Below are positions 54,001 to 64,000 of a stretch of DNA of 64,000 nucleotides, piece after piece; within the stretch, counting starts at the first letter, position 1; the number at the start of each line of letters is the position of its first letter. Origin of the DNA: Antedon mediterranea (taxonomy: Eukaryota > Animalia > Echinodermata); assembly GCF_964355755.1 (NCBI RefSeq), contig NC_092674.1, positions 19,964,001 to 20,028,000 of the forward strand, written 5' to 3'. The notes under the pieces are model-generated. The model did not search any database and was not told the origin of the DNA. It worked only from the letters and a program-made list of their open reading frames with translations. Position numbers and translations under genes: made by a program.

Positions 54001-55535
54001 GAAAACACCATATGTAGAAAACTATTAAATGGGTATCTATTATTAAATTAACATACATCTTTCATATCCAGTTGCTTTATTGAGACTAAAGATGTCATTA
54101 TTTTATTTGAAATCTGACACTTAAAAAGATGGGGATAAAAGGGCTTGTTTGCTCAAATTTTCTCCACAGCTTTTACTGGACATTGACTGGATAAACTGCA
54201 TTATTTGGAAGCCTCTCCTATATATAACAAAAAGAGTGCTACCATCGAATCTTATGTTCACCCAATGTTTTACTGGAATCATCTCTTTAAGAATGTGGGA
54301 TGATAGGCCTCCCTGCACCACTTTTTGTCAATCATTCTCAAGATAAAAATTAGTCTGCATACTACAGTAGGTCTAATAATCACACCTAATGTTGTTTACA
54401 GATACATTCAAGGAAGTACTTAACCTACAGTATGTTGTTATTTTATTGCTTTTGTATTAAAATGTAATATTTTAATGATGTATACATAACTGTCAAGTAA
54501 CTCACCCGTTTCAGATTTACCCTCTTTTTTCAGTACTTGGTCTTCATTACCACTAGTTAGATTTTGAGAGGGACTGAGCTGGCTTTGATCCTTTTTTTTC
54601 AGAAATGAAAAAAGTCCTAGGAATTTTTTTTTGGGAGGATCTACACTCACTCTGTTTGGATCCCTCTTCTCAAATATCCTGGATTCAACATGGGCTTCCT
54701 CCATTACTAATGTGTAGTAAACAAAAATTATCCGAATTTAACATTGATGTAACAAAATCATTATCATTAATATTTTCTGTTCCAATGAAAGGCTTTTGAT
54801 TTGAACATGTATTTTTAAAATGAGTTATCTATTGTAAACAAAGTCAGTGAGGTACAACCAAAAACGTTATCTAATTGATTCAATTGAATTAATAAGCCTT
54901 TAACCATAAATCTCCTGTAATTTTAAACATACCTTTAGTCAAGGATTTCACTGCTGACTCAAGTTCAAGCCTTCTTAGATTGTTGATAAATTCTTCCATT
55001 TTTTCTTCACAAATTTTTTGTCTGTGTTCCAAATCCAGAATCATACTCCAACAATCCTCATAATTCTTAGAAGGCGTATTGAACAGCGCATCAATTTTTC
55101 CAATGTCTTCGTGTGTCAATGCATTTCCAAAGTCTACAATTTGTAGTCGATAGAGAGTGAACTTGGTAATTTCAACTTCTTTAGCTTTGATGAACGATTG
55201 TGGGAGTAAATTGATGACACCAAACTGCTGTGTTACATTTATTGTTTGGTAGAGTAACTCAAGATTATCGGAACTTAATTTTCCAGAATTTCTCAATTCA
55301 TTTAGTAAGTCTAATGTTCCACGGGCTTTGTCAATGTTTGCAACTGAAATCAAATCTCGGTACAAAACTTTCAGCTGCCTGAAGAGGTTACGTTCATCAT
55401 ACCAAGTTGAAACTGACACTAAGTCCAGATTGAAGTGATTGATACCTGGAAAATTGAGGAAATAGAAAAATAAAGAGAAATATTTGCTTACTCAATAAAA
55501 AAAAACATTTAAAATATTACTTTACCTGTTGCCAT
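51077..55535 (-). CDS. NLR immune receptor: tandem DED - linker - NACHT - LRR, 1193 aa
   Basis: Exons 55526-55535, 54933-55445, 54506-54706 and 51077-53934 total 3582 nt in frame, all introns phase 1. Walker A GEGGIGKTT, Walker B LLVDGLDE, sensor LTSR, NPMLL, PPHKLIVE, about six 58-aa LRR pairs. Exon 2 shows two death-effector-like helical repeats; the DED call is by pattern. Confidence 0.92.
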
Positions 55536-56276
55536 GTTTACAATTCACCTCTCTTTCTTCATTTCTAAAAAAAAAGAAGAAATGCAGTTATAAAGTTAAA
55601 TCTAAATTCAAACAAGCATTTTAATAGTCAGTCATACATCGCTACAAAATTCTTAAAATTATTTAAATGTGGTGTTGTAGTGTTGACTAATATACCTAAA
55701 ATAAGTAAAATAATGAAAAGTGGTTCAGATTGCCTTCAAAAGAGTATTCCATAACCACATATCTACAGTATCTGTTGTTTAAATTTGGTAAAGATCTGTT
55801 TTTTAGTTATTCGCAATATAGCAGATAACTCCTTGTTATTGTATGAAATCATCATCTTAAACGGTAATCGTTGTTAGACATTGCGCGTCCCACTTGTGTT
55901 CACTTAGTACGTTTTTTAGCAAGCATGTGTATAGGTCCGCATGTGAAAAGTTATGTTTTTTTTTTGTCTTGCTATTGGTCTTTTGGTCTTTCTCCGAGCG
56001 CGATCTTAGCTGGTGTGGTTTCATTTAAACGGAGCAGGTGACCATACCATGTCAGCATTCTTTTCTTTACGTTCTTACTCCACTCAATTTCTCCTGTGTG
56101 GCATTCTGGTCTTAACCAATTTGAATCAAATATGCTAGAGTGAATCCAAAAGCGAGCTTGTAAAATTATTCTAGGGCATCACACTACTATAATCTAGCTC
56201 TTGATCAGTGTAACTCAATACAGTTAAATGTACGTCGTAATGAAATTTGTAGCAAATTTTTTGCCTCGTTAATTTC

Positions 56277-56440
56277 TAGCCAAGATGAGTGTATTCCACT
56301 CAGTAGGTTCGAGTCTCATGGCAGAGACCTACGAAGCGCAAACAAACTTACTGTCCCTGTTTGCCGGACTGTCAGATATGGTAACTGCTCCATTCCATAC
56401 ATGATTAGGCAGTGGAACCGCAACTGATAAATGGTAAATT
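56277..56440 (+). mobile_element. Possible decayed tRNA-derived SINE
   Basis: A-box-like TAGCCAAGATG and B box GGTTCGAGTC at plausible spacing; no cloverleaf. Confidence 0.35.
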
Positions 56441-58065
56441 TAAAGTTATGTTTTAATTAAGTCAACATTTCATGATTTGTTTTAATATGAGCGGCATATG
56501 TGTTGTGTTCTACACTCCCATCGAAGGGCAAAATCAAAACGAACAAGTACATTAAAACACGACTGTTTGCTGAACTACGCTGTTATGCAAATGTTGACGT
56601 CATCCGCAAAGATTGTTTTCGTCTTAAGACAAAATTTGTTCTCTTATCTAGAGATTTGTGCATTATGCATATGCCAAGTGAAATTTACCAGAGACAATAT
56701 TTCTGCTAAGACGGTTTGATAATTTCGTACTTTGGTCGATGAATATTTATTAAAAATAATTAAATTGTTTTTATTTTTTTATTTTACAGGTCTAGGGGCC
56801 TGTTTCTGCTGCATAAAAATAACCGGTTAAAACCGGTGTGTATAAATAAACTCCACATTTTCATGGGGGCAGAAACAGGACAAATTTGTTGTAAATATGA
56901 TGACGTGCATGTGTGTATTTGTCGTACGTCCATGTACCTATTATTCCGTGCCTCTTCACTGTCTTGTTTAATGTAAAATTAAATAAACATCCGGTATGAG
57001 CATATTTATTAGGTATGATAATTATATTGTTTTATAACCAAAAGGTTAAAAAAGAATTTCTTCAGTAAAATGATCATTCATGTGCTGTTGATTGAAAGGC
57101 GACTCACTATTTCTGAAACCAATCGGAGCTGTGCCTTCTGGCTGCTACAGTACGTGTTTCTGCTGACCGAGGGTTCCGCTTTTTAAATAACATTCACACG
57201 ATACTGTAGGATGGTTTTTTTCCATGGTTAAAACGTAGCGTCTTAATTTTTCTAAAGTACCTGCATGTAAAATGATCATATCGGCGATGAGTATTTTTTA
57301 TTTCTTCATTTTGAAAAAAACAAAATCATAATATTGAATATTAAACTAGAAAGCCACTCCGAGAGTGCATACTGTTTATATATTTGTGTATTTGTGATTT
57401 AGGCTAATTTTACTACAAGCATGTGTATGCGAGTTTGGTGTAATGGTTATGTAACAAGCCTTTAAATTAACAATAGCTTCAGTTGACTAACATTAGAACA
57501 GCAATGCGAAAGTCAAACGAGTAAATTTGAAAAGAACTAGGTTTTTTAAACTACTCGCATCAATGAAGTTTTTTGAACAAGTAGTTCTCGAGAAAATGCA
57601 ATTTCAGTTTACTTGTTACTTTAAGACTGCACGCCGGCTTTAAAAAAATTCTGTCCTATCTGTACAAAAAAGGTGAAAAACATCGTCGCATTGTAAAAAT
57701 TCAAAAAATTTTCAGCGCGTACCTATTTTTTCAAAAACTGCAATATGACGTAATTTGTGAACCATTTGATTGGTCAGTTTTACTTTTAACGATCGGAACT
57801 TGGTTCAACTTTAACGATTGAAAATTTTAACGATTTTAAACGTTAATTGTTACCCCTCTTTTCCTGTCAAATCGTTGAATCTTTCAACTCAACGCAACTT
57901 AACGATCGACAGGAAAACAGGCTTAAGACGATCGGGACCGCAAAATGTGGGCCCTATCGTCCGTGGTCCCGATTGTCTTTTCCCTATACTATAGGCGCGG
58001 CCTATACTTAATTAATTAATAATAACTATAGCCTAGCTAATTTAGAGTAGGCGGCATTACTTATT

Positions 58066-58740
58066 CGCCGTGGTTAGGATTCCGGCACCGGAACTCAACT
58101 GCCCACCGTTAGGGAATCCGACACGCTATTGCGCATGCCCAGAGCTCTGGGAAGTGAATTATAGCTTGCACTATTAAATAATAGTGCCACACCACGGAGA
58201 GTCGGAGTGTTATAGGGATTTACTGTAGCCTAGATAGTTGTTGCGCGAGCGAGAGAGCGATGGATGAAACTTGGCCTATGCCATACATGAATTAATAATT
58301 AAAATATGACTACGCCACGCGTTAAAATAATTATGATATTAATAAGTATCAGTATCTATCTAAGAATCGTAATGCTGTTTTTAGCGTTGCGACCCTGACT
58401 TCCCGAACAGTTTTTTCACATCCACGCGGTGGCTGCCGTCAACAAATCAACTTGTGATTGCATGTTGTATATGTACAGTATAATGCGTTATGAAAAATCA
58501 TAAAACTAGTCATGTATTTATTATGGTCACGTAGTCTAACTGGTAGCCCTAGCCTAGATTAGTGGATCCCATATTAGAAGGCATCTAGGCTAGTTCGCCG
58601 TGTGGCGCAGCTATGAAATAATCCATCGCTGTTGATAAGTATAAAGTCGCCGATTACCTCGCTCTGGGCATGCGCAATAGCGTGTCGGAATCCCTAACGC
58701 TGGGCAGTTGAGTTCCGGTGCCGGAATCCTAACCACGGCG
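58066..58740. mobile_element. 675-bp MITE with ~80-bp TIRs and 9-bp TSD (Mutator-like)
   Basis: TIR CGCCGTGGTTAGGATTCCGGCACCGGAACTCAACTGCCC...GCCCAGAGC is near-perfect. TSD TTACTTATT at 58057-58065 and 58741-58749. Confidence 0.92.
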
Positions 58741-61586
58741 TTACTTATTTAGTCTAGCTAGGCCAGGCTAGCCTAGGCCTAGATAGGCCTAGTTAGTAGA
58801 CTCGAGAGCCTATCTATACTTACATGATATGTCTAAAAACTGGATTAAAAACAAAACCCAGGAAATACCTTTTTAACAGCAAAAACTGTGGATCATAATG
58901 AAAGTTTTCTAGGTTGAGCCCAACTGGATGTTTTTTTTTGGGTGTGGGCAGCAAAGAATATATTCTTTGGTGTGGGCCTGTCCTAATATGGGCGGCCATT
59001 AGGGTCGAAATAAAATTGGGTTGTCTAAACCAACATACCAGAGTGTCTTAATCTTGATAAAGTACTTTAAAATATTGTCAAAATGTAAAGATAACTATGA
59101 AATCACTGGAGTTGAAAACTACATCATAATTAAATGACATGGATCAAAGAGTACAAAACTACAGAACAACGGATATGAAAAAAAGGTATCAAAATATGTA
59201 GAAGAATCTTGGAGGAATTATTCCTCTTGGGAAGGAGGAGCATAATTAGTCCGCTCTAGCTACATTTGATCTTGAAAAGGGTATGTGGTCCGAAACGCCG
59301 ATTTTCTTGGTGCCATCACATTTTGTATTTTAAACGCCTTAATTTAGTAATGCCACTTTTTTTAAATAATATCTTGTAGGCCTAATGGGATCCACGTGTA
59401 ACACAAAAGACTAGCGATGGTGCGTCAACTTAAACGTCGTCTCCTATTGTATCTATCTTTTTGGACATGGCTCACTAATATATGACGTACTTTTTAAAGT
59501 AGGTCTACACACAATCTAGTAAGCAACTTCATGAATTTAGCCTATCTGTAATTAGGTGTTTCACAGAGGCATCACATGGTCCTCTCTTTTTTTATGTACA
59601 TTCAGGTGATGGCCGCAGAAATGCAATTAAACACTGCTACTCGATCGAATAGTGACTGCACTAATGCTACATTTTAAGTATCAGTACTTCGTGAATATTT
59701 ATATTAAATAAATCTGTGGAATTAGGAATTGTGTTTTTTGTTGATGTCCGAACTCACGAATCCAGGAATTTATTCTATATTATATTAGCACGTATTACAA
59801 CATCTATCACCTGTGAAAGCCTCACACTTATTGTAAGCCACTGATAATGTTAACTGGATTCATATTTACTGCGAGAAATGACATTCTCGTCAAATTCATT
59901 TGATCTTAACTTGAAACTGTTCAATAGACCGGATGGAGTATTCGTTTTTTAATGTATTATTATTAGATCAGTCGAATGTTACCATACTCATTCAAATCAC
60001 GTGTGATGATTGGATTGACGACACTGACCAAATTGACTCAAACAAATCTACATAGGAATACATTTTCGTTGATCCAATAATCAAATACGATAATACGAAA
60101 TATACTAAGTAAGGGCCGTCTACTAGTACGACTTTTCGCAAAACGTATTTGCTTTTCCAATTTATTTCGTATTCGTATTATTGGATAAATAAAAATAAAA
60201 TTTAACCTACTATTATCGAAAAATGACGGGACAAATAATCGTTTTTCAATAAATATATTCGTCAGTTTATCTCACATCATAACTGCACGTGCACATTTCG
60301 AGATGAATGAGTAAAAAAGGATGTAATGTAAATGTCCATTTGGCGTTCCATAGTTTTTCGGCGTCCCTGGATTAATCCAGGGACTGCACTGAACGCGTGA
60401 TACCAACCAAAAGGCTGCATCAGTTGAGTAGTAATATAAGTAGGTAAGTTGCCTTGTTGTTTATATCAAAACAAAAACCTATAAGACGAAGCAAGAGGTT
60501 CAAATGAGACCGAAAACGTTGAGGTCTAGATTAGTTAAGTAAAGTAGGCCTAGGCCTAGTATTATTAGTAGGCCTAATTTCAATAATGTACTAAATCTTA
60601 AAAGCTTAATTGTTTTCCTATAATTAATATCCTCCAGGCTATACAGTAGGGGCGCGCAATGTAGAGAGTCGACACAAACTCAGCCCCACCATGACCATGG
60701 TTAGGGCTGAGTTGAGACGATTTAGATGGTCGGAATTGGCACTTTCACGTTATTATAAATGTATTAACAATTGATATTTTAAAAATATGAAAACTGAGGT
60801 CTGCCTAGTATATAAAGGGTGACATTTTCCCCATAGCATAGGCCTATTTTGAGTAAACAGGCACGTCACAGGGTGCTTTGCGCAAGTCAGCGTTTGCCCA
60901 TGGTGGAAAAAGGTGCTTATCCAGGGCCGTCGACAGGACCTAGAGAAGTGAACTTTGTTAACCCATTGACCCTAAGTTTATTTTGCTCCCCTGGGACCCA
61001 AAAAGCATATGTCATATAATTAACCCTAACTTTTTTTCTAAACACAGACATTAAAAAAATTAAAAAACAAAAATAATGCAAAGGACATTTTATTTCCAAA
61101 TATGTTATCAAATTTGTGTTACAACTTATTTTGGCGGAGTATGGATTATGCAAATTTTAGAAATATTTTAGGAAAATTATTAAAAATTTGTAATTTATCT
61201 TTGACTACCAAATGCACAAAAATTAATAAATATTTCATAATAAAACTCATCTCTTCATCAGAACCTATTTCTTCTCTTCAAAATAAGACCAAACTTGACC
61301 ATTATGAATGACCGGTTTCGAAATTATGAAGAAATTAGTAGACTGACTCATCCGACGATGACCATATGGGGCCTAGGCCTATCGGGAGCCGCCCCGAGAG
61401 CGTCGTCGCCGCTGTTTGTTCACCGGGAATGTTAAAAAAAACATCCCGAATGTCACATATGTTCTGTTAATATGCTAATTATATTTGTTTGTTATTTGCA
61501 AATTATGCAAACTACGTTACGCTCGGTGAAGTAATAAAACAGTAGTTGAATTAAAAGAACCGTGTTGACGAGTCACACTTGTAATA

Positions 61587-61597
61587 TGGTGTCAGAA
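61587..61597 (+). promoter_or_regulatory. Primer-binding site of the Gypsy element (tRNA-Leu-like)
   Basis: TGGTGTCAGAA begins 30 nt before the gag ATG and follows a short LTR-like end with ATTAAAA near 61550. Confidence 0.7.
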
Positions 61598-61616
61598 TAG
61601 TGGAAATTCACTCAAA

Positions 61617-64000
61617 ATGGAATCGTTGAAATTTAAGCCGCCTCCACCCTTCGATTTTGATGGTCCTAGTGTGTCTGCTGCTTGGAAAAGGTGGAAACAG
61701 AGATTTACATTCTTTCTGAAAGCGACTGGCAGTGCACGTAAAAGTGGTGAAATAAAGGTAGCAATTTTAATTACTACACTGGAAGGGCGTGGCTTAGATA
61801 TTTACAACAACTTTACGTTCACTGATCTTGTAGGCGAACCGGGTCAGGAAGATTATGTCCCAGCAGAGGACAATAATGATTTTGATACAGTAATGTCAAA
61901 GTATGATGAATACTGTAATAAACGGGACCCGATAATGGCGTTACGAGCGCAATATTGGCAATATGAACGACCCGAAGGTCAGGGTTTGGATGAGTTTGTG
62001 AATGACTTAAGAACAATGGCGGTGAATTGTAAATTTGTGGATCAAGACGGTACGATTCGTGATAAGCTTTTCTTCAGTGTAACAAATCCAGTGATGAAAA
62101 TGAAAGTTATGGGCGATGATGGCAACGCTACACTTGATACTGTGATACACCGAATGAGAACTTTTGAGAGTTCTAGACGCGAGCTTGAAATGGCCGGTGT
62201 TGCAAGTGATTATAAGCCGAAGGTTCATGCATTGAGAAGAACCAAATCACATAAACAGACGCCAAGGGTTAGTGGTCAACATAATCATCAGTTTACGGAT
62301 GCAGCCAAAATTAAATGTAGCAGGTGCGGTTCTTCACATCTACCTCGTCAGTGTCCAGCTTATGGTAAAACATGCTACGGGTGTAAGGGTTTGAATCATT
62401 TTCAGTCTGTGTGCACCAAACGTTTTTCCCGAGGACGCGGTCGTGGACGTGGAAGAGCTGTACATACAATGGATGAACAGTATATTATTGCCGAAGGTGT
62501 AAGTGATCCTAATGACTTATACATTGACACTTTAACTGTTAAAGATAAAAATGAGTACTTTTATATTGACACTCTAAGAGATAACGATGACAAGAACGCT
62601 TGGTTCTATGATGTGTTTGTGGGAGGTAATGTGTTAAAGATGAAGCTTGACACAGGAGCAGGTGTTAACTGCATACCACTGGAAACATTTAGAAAGTTAC
62701 CAGGACATAAGAACATTAAAGTATATCATTCTAAAACTAACCTATATAGTTATAGTGATGAAATTGTAAAACATATTGGTAAAGTTACTCTAAATGTAAA
62801 AGTTGATAACATCCAAAATGATTATGACTTCTTTATTACTAATGTTGATGGTCCACCTATACTTGGATTGAAAGCCTGTAGGGAGCTTGGTCTGATCAAA
62901 CGTGGTAACAATATGATGTGTAGTGATAATGTGATAAATAATAAATATGTACATGCACTAACTAAAGATTCTTTGATTCGAGAGAATCGTGATGTATTTA
63001 CAGGTTTAGGTAAATATCAAGATCCTTATGACATCAAGTTGAAAAGTGGTGTTTCTCCAGTAGTCCATCCACCCCGCAGGGTGCCACTTAGTCTGCATAC
63101 CAAGCTGAAAGAAAAACTGGACGATATGGAGAAGAGGGGCGTGATTAAACGGACCGACAAACCAACAGATTGGGTCAACAGCCTAGTGATAGTGGAGAAA
63201 CGAGACGGATCCTTGAGGTTGTGTTTGGATCCACGTGATTTGAACAAAGCCATTAGACGTGAACATCATATGATACCGACCGGTAAGGACGTAGTGAGTC
63301 AGCTGTCAGGTAAAACACTTTTCACTGTCTTTGACCAGAAAGATGCGTACTGGCAAGTTCCTCTTACTGACGCTAGCGCAGATATATGTACATTCAATAC
63401 TCCCTTTGGACGATACAGTTTTCTAAGAATGCCATTTGGTATCTGCAGTGCTAGTGAGGTGCTACAGAAAGGAAACCAGCAAATATTTGGTCATATACCT
63501 AACGTACACATAATATCTGATGATATGATTATAGCTACAGGTAGTGAAGCAGAGCATAATGCAACAGTACAGAGGGTGATGGATACGGCCAGAGCGAACA
63601 ATGCCAAATTCAATGGAAGCAAGCTTAAGTATAAACAGTCTGAATTGGTGTTCATGGGAAACGTGGTGAGTGCCGATGGACAGAAACCAGACGAAGAAAA
63701 GGTTAGAGTTATCAAAGAAATGCCTGACCCACAATGTAAATCTGACTTGCAACGTATAATGGGGATGCTTAATTATCTTTCACAATTCATACCTAATATG
63801 TCCAATGTGAGTGCACCTCTCCGGGAATTGCTCAAGAAAGATGTTGCATGGTTTTGGGGTCCAGAACAAGCAGAATCCCTGAGGCAGTTAAAGGCGTTGA
63901 TTAGTAGCAAACCAGTCTTAAGTTTCTTTGATCCACAGAAGCCAACCATTATCCAATGTGATGCATCATCCACAGGGCTCGGAAGCTGTTTGCTTCAAGA
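61617..64000 (+). mobile_element. Gypsy (Mag/SURL-like) LTR retrotransposon gag-pol ORF, open to the window edge
   Basis: MESLKFKPPPPFDFDG...WKRWKQRF gag, tandem knuckles Cx2Cx3Hx4C and Cx2Cx4Hx4C, protease LDTGA, RT RLCLDPRDLN / RMPFG / ISDD, RNase H start IQCDASSTGLG. Its absence from the ORF track is consistent with no stop before 64000. Confidence 0.95.

Noticed and set aside
63505-63535. ISDD instead of YxDD as an inactivating RT mutation
   Set aside because: Both catalytic aspartates are present, and as I recall non-Tyr first residues occur in Mag-clade RTs.

Overview
AT-rich eukaryotic (metazoan) genomic DNA, not prokaryotic. The TE repertoire and NLR type suggest a marine invertebrate deuterostome such as an echinoderm (inference). 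The window opens with about 8.5 kb of 64-bp satellite. Four spliced host genes follow, all on the minus strand, and each could be assembled by hand into an uninterrupted frame with consistent intron phases: an uncharacterised 395-aa protein (8 exons), a single-domain rhodanese (TSTD1/TSTD3-like, 125 aa), BIVM (490 aa, needing one GC-AG intron) and a tandem-DED-NACHT-LRR NLR immune receptor (1193 aa). Between them is a dense set of mobile elements. These include an apparently intact two-gene PIF/Harbinger-superfamily element (Pangu-like, AAT TSD), a decayed Academ, the 5' part of an open Mag-clade Gypsy gag-pol, RTE and CR1 LINE fragments, tRNA-derived SINEs, and several MITEs with readable TSDs, some nested. 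The best leads are the NLR architecture (skippable polybasic linker exon, hypervariable LRRs), a retained papain/phytochelatin-synthase-like Cys-His-Asp set plus a myristoylation motif in BIVM, and CTAG/AGGCCT-rich tracts beside the first exons of host and transposon genes. Family assignments come from motif recognition; no database search was run.
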